This document shows positions 26,701-41,700 of a stretch of 64,000 bases of DNA, piece by piece. Location: contig DF237116.1 in assembly GCA_000708835.1 (NCBI GenBank), positions 62,001 through 126,000 of the forward strand, in the 5' to 3' direction. Below the pieces are notes generated by a model. The model did not search any database, was not told the origin of the DNA, and saw only the letters and a program-made list of their open reading frames with translations. Made by a program: the position numbers and the translations under genes. The number at the start of each line of letters is the position of its first letter. Within the stretch, counting starts at the first letter, position 1. This stretch comes from Klebsormidium nitens. Lineage: Eukaryota > Plantae > Klebsormidiophyceae.

Positions 26701-29700
26701 AGCCGACCTTTGAACGTGCGACATTCTATCTGGAACAGAAGTCAGGCCAAGCTCTTTTGCTCTCCCCAAATCTGGAAGATATGCTCTGATAGTCGGAGGG
26801 TAGCCAAAACGATTGCTGAATCCGCTGCATTCGACGACTTCACAGGACACCAAAGTATCAGCCACTTTGACAATCATTCAGAGCGAGAAAGTGAGGAACT
26901 TCTCGCAACCTGCCCTGATTCAACTTGGCTTCTGTCATATTTTCCGATCCATACTTCGACGAGAGTAACCATTGCAATTGCGCGACGTGGCCGCATTGAA
27001 ATCTGCCGGTCTGAATCCGACGAGGTGAGCAAAATACATTTAGTCTCTACGATCGTGGGAACTAAAGCTGTTTGCGGGAGCTTTATACGCTGACGTGTCC
27101 ATGAAGTGTGTGCAATGTTTATCGAATGGTTGATTGAAATTTTTCTTACCGAGGACCTTCAGATGAGCGTGCTACTGTATCAGCTAAACCTGTAGGGCAG
27201 TGCGTACCGCATTGGGCTGAGTGTTAATCACGCCTGTGGTGAATCCAACGAGTTAAAACCCGGTAATGAAAAAAGCTGGGGAGCCCTTACCTTGGTGAAC
27301 TTCACACTGTTGCTCAGAAGGTTGGAGACGACCTGCCGAAAGCGCAGCGCGTCGCCTAGGAGCGTTCGAGGCACAGCGTCTGCATGCAAGAATTCGGCTG
27401 ATTAGTATATTCCTGCAAAATGGCAGAACTTTCGTTTCAATATTGAGACTAACGTCAGAGACAGGTCGGAGGCTTCAGAAGTTGAAGCGCTTTCGGGAGC
27501 TTTCTCAATCAAGTAGCGCCATGTCCTTCTACAAATGTTCAAAATACGCCCGACGCCTAACAACCACCTTTTCCAACGTTCAGTTAGCGTCATTAAACAA
27601 AGGCTCTAGGCTCTTTTTTTAATTCCACTGGTCCAGAACGCTTCCACTTTCCGTAGGCGGGGAAGTCCTGGGCGGTTTTCCTTATGCTGGCTCGAAGACA
27701 CACCAGAGATTCCTCTGAGCTCCAGTGTATTCGTCCATACTTTTCGACATCGTCCAGAGTTAGTCCCTATGCTTAATTGCACGCCTCTGTCGATGCTCAA
27801 CCCCTGGAAGTCATTGAAGGTACAATCGTTTCCAGACTACGTCTACGCCTCTTCATTCAAGTCGGACTACTGAGAAAGTTTGCTACACGAGAGATACACT
27901 GCATGAAGTCCCGTCACATGTCCCGGCAGTTCAACAAGAAACAAACCGCGGGGGAACAGTTTTAACAAAAGACGTTTACCTCCGAGATCCGGGGACCTTC
28001 ACTCAAACCGCAAAAAGAAGCTACGTTTGAACTTCAATTTCGCCATACCGTAGGCCAGTATACATTTCCCTACAATGAATCTTTTTGGACATCGGAGGGA
28101 TGCGAAAATTGAATTTGAAAGGTGCAGTAAGCTGCTCGGGGCTGCTCCTTACCTTGAACTTCGAGCAATATCTCTAATCCCTTCTTGGCGCATGTGACCC
28201 CGTAGAGTTCCACCAGCGTCTCAAGCTGCTCCACCGGATCGAAGAGGGCCTTGTCCAACGACATTTTGCCGGCCTCAATCTTCAAGAAACGTAGGAATGC
28301 CAAGAATCAGTTTCAGAATCTGGCACTTTGTAGGTTTGATCCTGGGCTCTTGAAGTTCTTGGGAGTCGAGTTCGTTGTTTGGTCAAAGAAAGACATGCCC
28401 AGAGACGGTACCTGACGTCGTCGAATCGACTCGAATCCGGTATTACCTGTCGATTAGACTCGGTTGGGCAGCGAATTTTACAGAGAACCCGGAGCTCTGA
28501 CGCAGAGCCAAGGAGATTGATAGCTTAGATACAGTCCTAGATTCTTGTGTTCGGAAGGATTGGAGATATGCTGGGTTAAAACCAACCTTTTCAGGAATTG
28601 TACAAGCACATGAAGGACGTTCAGTCCTTTTTATGTGTTCTCACCCTGCTGAAGAAGATTTCACCCTGCCGAAGTACAGACACTTTCTTACAAAGACCAG
28701 ATTCTGAACGCCTAGGGCGTCCTCTACAGAGTCATTTCAAGGCTCCGTAAACGGACTTACCTTGCTGAAGTCTAGAACCTCGTTGAGGAGGTCGAGCTGC
28801 TGCAGCGCGCACTCCTTGACTTGCTTTACTTGCTCGCTCTGTTCCGACGACAGGTTTGTTTCCAGAACCATGTCGAGGAGACCGACCATTGCCGCAGACG
28901 GGTTTCTCAAGTCGTGGCTGCAAGAGAACTGCATCATGTTCAAGGTAGGGCAGTCGCTCACAAGGCGTGCGGGCACACATATTCTTCGGGTTGGAGACGC
29001 AACGGCTGAGAACTTAAATTCCGCTCCATGGGTTAGAGTCATTGTCTGGAACGTAACCAGAAGGATATTCAGAGTGCAGAAAGTCGAAAGAGCGTGGCTG
29101 TACAACCGGTTATCCGCACTGAAAACGTGAACAATAGCAATCTGGATCGCCACATAGACTGCACCTGATTATTCCAAGGAAACGCAGCTGGTCTTTTATT
29201 TCGATCTGCTCATTCACGCGATCTCTGCAAAATCTTGACCTAAAAAGCTACACCAAAGCCGCCAAGGAAGTCCGCACTGCCTGGCCGCAAAATAGTTTAG
29301 AGCACTGAAGTTTTCCTCCGTTTGATATCCGAGTGTGCAGGAACCAAATCTACAGGGGGACGGCGACGCGCAAAACACAAGGGATTGAAATGCAAACAAG
29401 ATTCCGCGGAAGTTTTCGGCTCTGATGCTTACCTAATGGTCGCGAGAAACTTGGTCTTGAACGCGTCCCGCGTCTCCGCACGCCGCTTGGCCTCCAGGTT
29501 CTCGATTACTTGCGCCTTAAGCCGCATCTCCTTGCTGATTGGATCGGTGAAGAGTACGATCAGAGTGCACCCGACAATCAAGAACGCGATAGTCGTCACC
29601 ATGATGATGACTTTCATGTGCCGCGCGTTCGAGTCGATCTGCCCCATAACCGCGCCACGTGGCATCACCAGGGTGCCCCAGAACGTTATCCCACGGATCG

Positions 29701-32700
29701 ACACCGGCTTCGTCTGGATGTAGTACTTCGACCCGCCCAGGCTGACGTCACCCTGGCAGCTCAGCGCCGCCGTCGTCCCGTTCCGTCCGTTCGATCCGCT
29801 CACGGCTGCGACGTAGGCGTCCGCCTGCCGGATGACGTCACTGCTCGACTCGTTCGGCCGTATCAGCGCTGCGCGGGCGTCAGCGGAAGCCCCCTGGGAG
29901 TCCGCCACTATGTGCGTCCCGTTCGTGAAGTACATCAGACCGCGCCGAAGGTTGAACGTCTCTAGAAACTTGGTGATCGTATCCAAGTAAAAGTAGAGCG
30001 CGACAACGCCCACAACTTCGCCCGTGCTTTCGAGAGTAACCCGCTGGCCGAGAACTAGAGTGGGCCTCCCCGACAGCGCCTCTATGCGAATCTCACTTCC
30101 GAACCCGTCCGCTGACGTCAGCGCCTGGCGGTACCAGGCCCGTTGGCGGAAGTCTAACGGATCCAGGGCCACGATGCTGGACACGCCGTACAGAGGAGAC
30201 GCCGTCGTTTTGTTGAGAACCTGGAGAGAATATATGTTGGTCAAGAGAAGAAAGCGCATCAAAACGGCAGGAAAAGTCCCAGTTGGTCCGAAAAGTTGCA
30301 TCGGAGTGGCTCAGCTAAGAGGATTTGTATTAGGCGGAAAAGTGCGTAAACAGCCACCAAGCGGTGCGCGCGAAGTACGGTGGAAGAGACGCTGTTGTGA
30401 GGGACCTCGTTAGACCGGTCAGTGTTGGCCCGTTTTGCGTTTTATTACAAAGGGATACCACTTAGACGGAGTACTCAGATCGACGGCCACGATGCTTCTG
30501 CATGGCAAAGAAGAAACGCTTAGCGTCTGGTGAAAGATGTAGAGTCAATAACACAGTCCGGCCTAAAGATGGGCTATTTTGCTTCGTCAGTGCCAAACAC
30601 TAGTCGCTCCGATTCTTGTTTTTTTGGCTCCTGCAGGAGAGACAGCATCGTCATGCCTTCTGATGCAGTCCACAAAACAGACACTTTGTCCCTTTTTAAC
30701 AGCTGGTACGGAGTGAGAAAACCGGTAAATAGGGCAGCGGCCCCTCAAACGACGGAACGGAAACGGTCAAAAGTGGTTCTTCAGCCAGCCAACAAGCTTG
30801 ACACTCTGGTTTCATCCTTCACGAAGCACACACAGATAGAGAAGACGATTTGTCCTTTTTGTGCTTTGAAAACACCTAAGCGGACCAGACGTATCCTCGG
30901 TCGACAAAGAAGTGGCAGCTGAGTTGATGCTCAAGCACTCTCGAACGATATGAGAAGGACTGCCGAAGGAAACCTACCGCGTAGAAGCGAGGCAACGGTT
31001 CTCCTTCAGGGACGGTGCGGTTGGAGAAAACCAGCAGCAGCGTCTCGTTTGCGAGAGGTTTGCTTGTGTTCGACGGAGTATAAAGGATGCTATACCTGTA
31101 CGACAAAGAAATTTAAGAAAGTCAAATTTGGGACTTTTAAAGGAGGGTAGGTTAGCACATTGGAGCTCAGGTAGTTCCGCTTACGCCCTATCTTTCGAGA
31201 GCGAAGAGAGGAAGTGGTGCTTCTTCCACCGGACAAAGGAGGGGCAACTTTGCAAAAGATAAGATACACAAGTTTTTTGAATAGGAGAAGAAAACTACGG
31301 CTTCACAAGAAGGGGGTCGGAATCGTAGGGATGGCTCGAAAAACGACGTACATAGAACGGGCCTGTCTAGCAAGCCTGTCTAGCAACCCGTATGAGCGAC
31401 TGATCAGGGCACCGCAGCACCTAATAGTCGAAGCATCGGCGACTGTGTTGTCCTCTGAACTAAAACAGCTAGAAAGACAGACGCCTCACTCCGGAAGCCG
31501 ATCTTCTGGACAATCCGCAGATCTTCCAGGGTTCAGCACCCAGCCGTACGTTACAAAAAACTTGAAAAAAAAGGCTTCTCACCTCCCATTCTGGCGAACC
31601 ACCCCGACTCCATTCACGGCCACGCAGTTTCTGATGGTCGTTAGCGTCGATTGATACACCTGGATGGTAAAATTTGCCTGATTTGAGATTCGAAGCTGGC
31701 TGCGGCTGATCTTCAGAGATGAAATACGTATGGTCTGGCGGATGCGACGCTTCTCAGAGTGCTTCGACGCTCTTTGCCCTTGCTGCAACAGCAGATGTTA
31801 AGCAACATTGCGTTTGTCTGTTTCCTTGATTAGTCCGTAAGGGACCCTGTGCATGAACAAGAAGTCGGGGCTTCCCCCGGATCCCTTTCCACCTCACCTT
31901 TTCCAGCAGTCCGCTGCAGAATTCCGTTTGAGGATAAGCAGACGCGAATCCAACACAAAAGCTTTTGTGGATAGCAAAAACCTGTCAAGATTAAAGTAAG
32001 CGTCGTACAAACCAAGGAGAAATCGCTTTGCAAACGCTGGTAAGAAAGAGCTTTCGACGAACAACAAGTTTCGCACACGATAATTCCCTAAAAGAGCCGG
32101 GATTTTGGAAGCCAAGCTAGAAGGCACATGAAAAGATAGTAAAAAAGATCCGCACAATGTTCTGGCGCGCGACCAGCGTTTCGTTCACGGCCAACTGGTT
32201 GATCAGCGCGACGTTTCCTGCAAGCGTGCGCATGCACGTGTCCGCCTCGTGGAAGAGTCCCATGAAGTTGTCCGAACCGCGGTCCAAAAGCTCCTGTCCG
32301 AGGCCGCACGCCAAGTCCGCAACCGAGCTCGATGCGGACCGGGTCGTGAGGACGAAGGTCAGGGCGGCACTACCGGAAAGGAGCACCGCAAACAGAACCT
32401 GAGGAGCACAAGAAGGTTAGGATTCAGATCTTGCAGCTTGCAATGTTTCGAGACCTTATGTGACGTTGAAAAGTTGGAGCTACAGGTCATCATCGATCCT
32501 GAGGCAATGACAGAAGAAGGGAGACAAGCAGAGCGTTATAGCTCATGTACCAGCAGTATCACAAACTTTGATACGTGAGACAGTAACTGTCTCGGTTGTG
32601 AAGGGAGTTTGGCCATCGATACATCCTTACAGAGCCTGCTTTGCTTGATTGGTTTCGTTATTTTCATTTCTGTAGCAAACTCTAACCCTGCACGTATTAG

Positions 32701-33504
32701 TGGTTCTGGAAATTGAGGTCATCATGTGCACTCATGGAAATCTGCACTGCACTTTGCGTGTGCAGCAAATGACTTCATAGGAGCCAACTCGGCAATACTC
32801 AGCAGGAGCTCGAAAAGCACAACCTGCAAGAATATGTTCGAAGGTCTTGGGAGGCAACGGTTTTGAACAAGAATATCCTGCCAAGAGCGGAAAGATGCAG
32901 AATCAGCACAAAGAGGGATTTCAAAGTCTTCACAAACTGCAATGCTAGCGCAGAAATTGCAGATACGTCCCTAAGCATCACCAGCAGCTCACGTCAAAGC
33001 TGACTCTCCTAGGGCTTGCTGGTCTGTGGACTAGTTCAGGAACCGCTTCATTACGCAAAGACATTTCAGATCTCGTGAGGTGGTGCTAGAATAATGGAGA
33101 AAAATCTGAATGCCAAGGAAATTAAGCAACCATGCAGGTGAGACACTGACTTTACCAATTGTGCATTGTCACTTTGGGAAGCAGATGCACAACTAAACTA
33201 GCTGACTTGGTCTGTTGACGCCTGGGCTGATTCGATTGGTCAGGAATACGCAGTTGAGAAACAATGCAAACGGTCTGATGTAAATGATTGTTGATGGCAA
33301 AAGGATCCGGCGAAATTCAATGACATGCCCCGCTGGCAGAAAAGGGTGAACCAGATCAACATGGATAGGGTTGTTTCATCTTTCAATAGTCCTCACCGTC
33401 ATTAGCAGCCGGAGAAAGAGGATGTTGAAACTCTTTCGCAGCGGTGTCGGTGGCACAGGATGCACCAGACCGGTCTCCACGTCAGCTTCCTCATCTTGCG
33501 CCAT
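23742..33504 (-). CDS. AHK1: Membrane-bound hybrid histidine kinase, AHK1-like (TM - Cache-like ectodomain - TM - HisKA - HATPase - pseudo-receiver - receiver)
   Basis: Exons 33397-33504, 32156-32398 (TM1), ~31584-31659, ~30900-31100, ~29432-30222 (TM2, then ISKEMRLKAQVIENLEAKRRAE, an AHK1-like signature as recalled), ~28757-28919 (H box ISHDLRNP across the splice junction), ~28110-28280, ~27291-27380 (N box NLLSNSVKFT), ~25640-26510 (EVEDTGCG, GGTGLGLGIV), ~24650-25255 (LVVDDN...LMDIE), 23742-~23955 (MPILDG...TAN...KP). Confidence 0.9.
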
Positions 33505-35746
33505 GTGTCTGGAACAGAGCCACACAGGTGCAGATTCAAGTAGTAATCAAGTGCAGATTGCAGAACAGATAATAAGTGCAGATCACAAATATACACATGT
33601 TGCAGAATGAACTACTCTGGCCATATTGAAGCTTGTCCATAGCAAGCTGCTGAACAATAAGCAAGGAGGAGAACAGTCTTCATTGTCCAGCAAATGTCTT
33701 GCTGTTTCTTGCTACAGACAGGTCTCCAACCTTCTAGCACATTTGTTCCGTCAGCTCCTGACAGGTTGGATAGTCATACAACCAGTCACTTCCATGTTTC
33801 TAAGTTATCTCCTCAAGTGCCAGCATGTGTCCTCCCTGCCTATTCATTGGATATAGACAGTTCTGCTGGAGACCACAATCATTTGGCGTCCCATTGGGAC
33901 TGGCTAGCACTTCAGCTTCTGGCCCTCAGTCAACTTGTTCAGCAGAAAGAGTACTTAGCAATAGCCTTCCTTCTGAGAGAAAATTGAGAGATGAGGTGAA
34001 ATATTGATTATCCGCCTGATGTATGGTCTCCGTGGTTCCGACTTAGCTAGTGATCTGAGAGTTTCCCTATTCTAAAAACAGAGATTATCACTATCAGTAA
34101 GCTGTGGGCCATGAGCAGCTCCATTTGACCTCGGTCTACAAGGGCCAACTAGTGAGTCCAGATGCTCAGAGTGCCCCCCTTCAGAGCTCATGTCCTAGAG
34201 TGATTTTCACCCTTTGCAACCTCTACTGAAGCTGAGCCTTCTGTTTCCCCGTCTGTTTCCATCCGTTCCATCGCACTCATTTTCAGCTTCTCTCTCCGTA
34301 GTCTCCAACATGTCACCAGATTGAGAACCACCTAGCTGGCCAACGACACTCCAAGCTAAAAACTTACCGGAATGTGACAGGTTTCTTTCAAACTGCGGTG
34401 GCCCTTGCTTCTCTAGCTGCTCCAGATGCATGCCTTTGCTAGACCCTGACCAGAATCCATCGGCGCACAATTAATGCTAGAGTCAGCTGCACAATTGGCT
34501 CCTCGCTTCTTTTTCGAGAGTAGCCATCAAGGAGTATCTTCAAAGGTGTGCCCCAGCTCCTCTGAGCACTTTTGATCTCTCAGGCTCTGAAGGGGCCTGC
34601 CCTTTCCTGTCCAGCGTTTGTTTCTCTCCCTCTCATCTCCCTCTCATCTGAAAGGATGGGGAAACGGTCGGATGGAGTTCTCTTTGTTGAATCGACTGCT
34701 CCTCACCTCAGAGGATCCTTCACTGATCCTCCTCGAGCGAGCTAGCGGTGCTACCTACGGTGCGGTGGAAGATGGCCACATGGGCTTGTGTCAGGGCACC
34801 AGCAGTACTACCTACAGTAGCCTGCCTCTAGCCTCTAGGGCGGGCCCAGCCGGGACTCGGGAGCCCCCGGCCGTATAGCGTTGCTCAATCACGTGATTCA
34901 CCAACATTGTGTCAGTAATTCTGGCTCGTGCTGCGTGCGTGCATGATTCATATACCCGGTACTTTTGATGCGTAAACAGTTTCATTTCTGACAACCGATG
35001 ATAAATTTCGTACGGCCCGTGGCAACTGATCTGGAAAATAACGGTCAGCCGCGCGCGGTGGATCTGAAACGTCAATGTCGTCGAACATACACGTCAGTTT
35101 ACGAAACCGGCCTACTCAAGCTAGTAGTACGTAGTACGTACTCAGCGTGCGCGAATGAAAAGACAGAACAGTACTTGAGGAAGCTTTCGTTCAATTGCTT
35201 CAACTTTCAAGCAATCAGAGTCAAACTCAACAAATTCAGAATTAATATACATATGCCTGCATAGCTTGGAAGCAAATGAGAAATGTGCTCTACCTAGATC
35301 TATTCCGTCCGCTCTAGCCAATGCTGACAACAAACGGACTTTGGAGCAGCGGACTTCCGAATCAGCGGAATGGCGGGCTAGGGTTCAACTTCGAAATTCG
35401 AGTCACGTTCACGATCGAGGAAAGCTGAGCTCAGGAAACGTCTTGGCAATTGAGCCCGAGCAGGGATGGCGGAGCACATGTGGTCGTCACTTGGGCCAGG
35501 AGAGGGATCCTAAAAGGGAGGTCTGGGGTGATGGTATGGTGGCGCACTCATATCTGTTGTGGAGAAAGAGCAGTTGTAGAGCCTCTTGGGTGCCGTTTGC
35601 ACGACGTATGCAGCCTCTTCATTATGGTCGCTTCACAGTTCGAGGCGGAAGGTGCAGTCTGACTGTTTGGAGCTTTGGAGCTTCGACTTGTGACATCACC
35701 TGGCATGTGGAAGTGGTGACGTGATTAGGGTTAGGGTCATTTGTGC

Positions 35747-38700
35747 ATGATGGGTAATGGGAGGGGGCCCAAGGTGGAAGGCAAGGGGGGCAGCGACAAC
35801 GGGGATATATGCGTGAGGGGACTGGCCTGGGTGACACGGGAGGATGGGTTGAGGAAGTACTTTGAGCAATTTGGCAAGGTCAGACCTGCATGCGCTGCGT
35901 ATTCCTTTCTCAGCAGTGCTTGCCAACAGTGCGTTCTGGTTTTGTCAACTTGAGCTGTGCGGAGTATCAAGGAAAGCCACAAGTTTTGCTGTTATTCCAT
36001 GATTTTGCACCATGACAGAGAGGCATGCACGGGTGCTGGATGTGACTATCTTGTGAGTTCTTGAATTGAGCTGTCCGAGCCATTCAATTTGAGCCATTCG
36101 AGTTGTGTTTCAAAACACCACTGTTCAGGTTGATCGTGTCTTTAACGTCAGTTGCAACTTTCTTCACTTGCGGAATTGACAACACTGATGCCAACATCGG
36201 TTCTTGCAAGTATGGTTACTTGTTCTAGACGTCGGCCTTTTTTCTCCGGTGCTTACAATGGCTTTTTGGTAAAAGTGTTTGTAAGTAACTATAATTGTGA
36301 TGTTGTTATGTTGGTCATATAACGTAGATATGGTTGTGATGTTGTTGCGTTGGTCAAATATGCACCTGGTTGCCTTGCCGCCAGTCTGAGGCGGTAATTC
36401 GCATCTTGTTTCTATGGTTCCTCTGAGTGGTCTCCGGACCATAGCTTTGATGATCCTGTGATTGTCCTGAAGATGCAGGGACTCTATGCATCAAGGGCCA
36501 GCTTCGTTGCAGGAACTGAGGTTTGTCTTGTGCACTTCTTGGTTGTGCAAGTCACCTGCTTGTTGGGGGTAAAAGCAGCTGTGTTTGGCTGCACAACTCT
36601 ACTTGGGACAGGAATTGCGTGCTCAGTGTTTAGACATTATGTCACTATGGCTTAGAAAGAGCATAAGCAAAACCATTGTCAGCCGCATATTGTTTTGTAT
36701 GCAGTTTGGCAGTTTGCGACGGTGAAATTTCTCCTATGACAGCTGTCAGCGATTGCTCAGATGACTGCAAGCTTTGTTGACGTTGTGGACTCCCTCTAGC
36801 AGTGCTTTTATACTTTAGGCAGTGAGCATGACTGAATCATCCTCTTGTGACCGAACTTCAACAGAAACCAAGCAATTCTGGTCACTGGCAAGTTTTGTAG
36901 TTTTTGGCCAGATGCTCTTTGGACTTCTTGCTTTAGGATTGAAGGTTTGTGGTCTGCCTGCCTGAATGATCGCCTCTAGAAAGAGGGACTTCCTTCGGTG
37001 GGACGTGAAGTGAACTTGCTGCGCACAATTGAGGGATGACGGGGCATCTGATGACCCCCTCAGTTACCAATACTCCGGGACTCTTGAGTTTTGGTGCCAT
37101 GTCAACAGCAGTACTTGCAAGGGTCACTTGGTGGGTCAGCAAGTCCAGTCCTCTGGCCCCTCTCTATTGCAATTGGTACCTCTGAGCTGCTCCCTTGGTC
37201 ACATGCTGCCTCGTTGGCTCCTTGCGTGATTGCTGTACCACGACTGACTCAGTTGGTCGGTTCCCCCTCTCAATCAGTTACCATCAACTTGCGTGAGAAA
37301 CAGTATTCAAGATGGGAATCTGGTCGTCTGGAAGTGAGCTTAGAGCGCTTTTAGGTGCCATATCAGCTGCGCTTTTGCCCTCATATTTGCAGCACAAAGA
37401 AGCTGAATATACAGGTATAGTGCTTGTGGTAGTAACCTCCTCACGGTAGCTCGTTTGAATAGACAATGAAAATGAACTTGGTCCTGTTCCAAGTAGCGGC
37501 CTCCTTCATTTGCTTGATGTTGGGTTGCTGTCTTGCTCATCTTGTTTCCCAGCGCGAAGTTTCCCAGCTAAAGGAAAGTCAATAGAGCTCTCAGCTTTTC
37601 TTGGTTAGCTACACTGCTGCTTATACAGACATTTCCTGCATGTTTCAGTGATTATTCACTGGTCAGAATGAATTGTGAGCTTCGGAGTGGGGTTTGTATT
37701 CCCCATTGGCCAATGTTGACCTAGATGGAAATTGTCATTTTTTCCCAGGCCCCCCTTCACTAAGTTGAAGCTGCCGTCATGGATTGAAGGGCTGTTTGTG
37801 AGACACTTGAGAATTTCAACAAAGAAAGCACCAGGGATATTTCCATTTCAATTTCCGTGGCAGAGTGCCCCAAGCTAAGAACAACAGCACTTTTGTAAGG
37901 AGAAGTTTGCTTACAGCTTTCGCTTGCGTAGGTGTGTTCAGCTTGAGTTCCGTCAGTCCCAATCTATACGACAACCTTTGCCAAGTGCCCTTCACCTAAA
38001 ACATTGTGCAAGGCTTCTGTCATCTTTACTTGGAATACAACATCCTAAGGCTCATCAATCTTTTCTGTTTCAACGCAGTGTGCCACTTCATAGACTTCAT
38101 TCAATGAGCAAGTGTGGACAGATTATTTGCAACAAAAGTAGATGAAGTTTGAGCAGTCTGGGATTGATGTTCGCATGCAGATTAAGAGGTTTGCAGTAGA
38201 TAAGGGCGTTTGTGAAGACTCTGAGCTGATAAGGATTCATTTCTGCCTGCAGTTAACAACGTGTACAGTAAAGGAGGACGCCGACGGCAGATCACGCGGC
38301 TATGGCTTTGTCAATTTTGAAGACCCTGCGCTCGTCGATCAAGTGATGGCACAGCAAGAGCATGTTATAGATGGTAGGAAGGTGAGACAACGTTGGTTGG
38401 GGCTTCAAACACTCTTTCTAAGGTTCCAAGAGTAGAACTAGGTTGTGCCCCTTCTGGGCAGTGTATGTTGGAACAGAGTGGTTTGTAAGCAGGGCGAGAT
38501 TGCCCACACGACTTTATAGCACTAACATTTGCTCAATTAGGGTTTTAGTTTTCCAGCATTCCAGGCTTTCTTTTGTTTCGTGTTGGTCTGCGCCAAAGTG
38601 ACTGGTAACGAATTGTGGGAGCGAGCGGTGTAGCAAGAAAGTGCTCTATTGGTGCGGTTTCAACTTCAATTTGCAGCTCTTCAGCTTCAAAAGGTACAGC

Positions 38701-41700
38701 TTTGCTATTGTGAGAAGTTTAGTTAACTAAACCTTGCATTTGCACTATGGATTATCAATATTTGATTTATTCTCGAGCAAAGTGCCTAGTTCCCCCCACC
38801 TGAGACAGGGCAATCTTTGATTACGAGACTGTAGGGCCTTCTGGTTGAGTTGACGTGGTCAGTGTCTGCGGGTTTAGTCAGAGGTCAATTGAAAACCTCT
38901 CTTTTTGGTGCAGGTCGAATTGCGCCCACCTTTAGACAAGGAGGAGCGGCACGCAATAAAGAAGGTCTTCATCGGCATGGTGCCGGCCAATATGACGCCC
39001 GAGCTGCTTGAAGAGCATTTTTCACAGTAAGAGCCCCGCATACCGCCTTTTTGAGAAGTCTGCAGTTACAAAGTCTTGCAGCTCAGACAGTAACAGCAAC
39101 GTACTATTGAGCAGCATATCATCTGTGTCATTACGCTGCAGGTTAGCTAAATAATAGCTGATGTTAGGCAGTGGCTATGGGTGTACTACAGGCTTGTATT
39201 AGCATTGCCCAAATCTACCAGGAAGTAAGTAGTCATGGAGTGTTTCTGCTTCATGATTGACTACAAAAAAGGTAGCTACAGGTTATATGGACTAACAGAC
39301 ACTGGTTGCCTGGACGATCTTTCTTCAGGGGGCTCTCCTGCTTGAACGTGGGGGCCTCTTTGTTTGTGTGGGAAAAGAAAGGAAAAAGTCGGTGTCTTTT
39401 GTAATGTAGAGGTGCATCTTTATACTCTTGGGGGCGTCCAATCAACTTGTTTTCTTTCCCACGCTGCTTGTTCTTGCAATACCTATGGTCAGTGCCTGAG
39501 AGGAAGCTGCTTAGATTGCTAAAGGTTGCAAAAGGGACACTCTACGCCACTGTTACCCGCCTAAGCCAAGCTCTTTCCATTGCAGGTTTGGTAAAGTGAC
39601 TGACGTCTTTCTGCCAAAGCCCAATAGGGGATTTGCCTTTGTAACCTATGAGAAGGGCGAGGCAGCCAAGGCAGCCCTGAATGTGAGTCCTCTGCATAAG
39701 AACTCCTTTCAAGAGATTGCTTTGTCTGTATCCTTTTTGGTTTCCATCTTGGGCTTCTCCTCAAGAGATAGCGAGGGTCGTCAGAAGTAGCAAGAACGCA
39801 TAGACACTAATAGAACATGCGGTGTGAGTTGTAGTTGCTGCCTTGTTCTGCGAATCAAGTTTGGTGGATCAAAAGTGCTGGCCTAAAACCTAATCCAGCT
39901 TCGTGGCTAGCAACTATGGTCAATGGTAGACGCAAGCACAGCACTCGTTTTTTGCACAGAAAGCTTTCAATTTTGTGGGTAAGAGTGGTTTAGAGTGGGG
40001 TGGTGAGACATGGTGCGGACAAACTGCATTCGTTTAGCTCGATTCGGGCAATTTGGAGTGTGATGAAGGAAAGGGGCTCTTCTTTTATCCAGCTTTGGAG
40101 TGCCTAGTTTCCAGACTTCTACATCAGACAGGCGCACTCGTACAACTGTTTTGCCATTTCCAATTAGGTTGTGCATCTTCCATACTGACCCTTGACAATC
40201 ATATCTTATCTGATTCCTATGTTTCGTTTCCTTCAGACTGCGGAGCATATGGTGGGGGGGCACAAACTCCAGGTGAAACTCCCCACCCCCAAGATGACGG
40301 CCGGCCCAGCGCAGCAGCTAAATCCGTTCCAAAAGGCGCAGATGCTACAGCAGACGCAGCAGATGCAGTTCGCACAGCAAGCAGCGACCTCACAGGGGTA
40401 AGGCGGCATCCCAACCATTACACTTCGATTTGGAGTTTGGGCGGTATGAGTAGGCTTCCTCCGTTGTTGTCAAGCTTAGTAAACAACGACCCTAGGTTTT
40501 GCAGATTGCTTGAGGTGTGATGCTGTTGTGTTTTATGGATCCGATCTTCTCGAATTCTAGCAGGATTGAACTTTTTAAGTTTCGCCCCACAATAGATGCA
40601 TAATGATCAGTGAGGGCCGGCTTACAATAACCTACCCAAACAAGTGAGTCTGTGAAAGGTTAGTCCGCATGTCCCCATCTCAAGTGCCCACCAAGCACCG
40701 CTGAGAAAATAAGTCTTCGTTCGCGGCATGCACACCTTGCTGGGTTTAAGTCCTTGGGCGTTCCAGCTATCCTATTCTCAGATTGTCAGTCTTTCCTCGG
40801 TCCATAACGTTGCAGGTCGTTCGCCATATTTGCGTGTTTTCACACGGCATATTTCTGCTGTCGATTGCAGGATGCAGTACAGCGGGGGAGGCCCTGCGCT
40901 GCTCAGCCCATACGCTATGCAGGGCTACCTGGGGCCAGGAAGCTATCCTGCAGTGCCAGGAGCAAGGCCTACGTATGGAGGTTCGTGCAGTTCACCTCAA
41001 AGATGACTATGTTGAACCATTATAATGCTCCGCGGAAGCAACATCGGGCGCGATCATGAGATTTATGTATAAAACGGTCGAACACAAGCGTGTTTGACCC
41101 TAGAACGAGTCCGGAGATTGGTTCAGATCAAGTAACAACTTGGATGAGAAGTTTCGCCCTTGTTGATTGTAACACGCATGCGAGGCTTGAGATCAGATTG
41201 TTTTGCCATGAAGGCGGTATGTTACATCAGCACCCTTGGCTCTCTTTTGCTCATGTTCAAAACAACACTGGCGACTTCTCTAGTGGCAGCTTCGAAAGAG
41301 GTTTCCAAATGGCCGAGGCCACGCTGCTTAGTTGTTGTCAGCGAGTTTTCTTTCTTTTTGGCTTTAGAGACTGAGGGGAGCGTATCTGATCGTCCGATTT
41401 CATGCAAACGATTTTGTCGTTTCCTCACTGCTTCATCAGAGCGGTGGGTTGCAAAGGAACCAGGCAACTTTATCCCGACCTCAAACAGCCGAGTATTGGT
41501 AGAAAGACGTCGTTTTCAAGCATTTACCCGTCTGCTACAGCATCTGTCAAGGAAAACCAAGAGCTTTCTTCTTCTTCAGCATTCAAGACTGAGCCTTGTT
41601 CCTGTTTCCCTGCAGCGATGTACCCCGATCCGCAGCAGTACGCTGCGTACGGCCTTCTCCCCGATTTTGCCAACTTCCACATAGGACAGCCTCAGCAACC

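Noticed and set aside
35722-35737. Telomere-like or telo-box motifs (TTAGGGTTAGGG; also ~1570, ~4150, ~6550, ~62370)
   Set aside because: Only 2-3 units, scattered; the one at ~62370 is coding (RNRNPNPNH). Not distinguishable from background.
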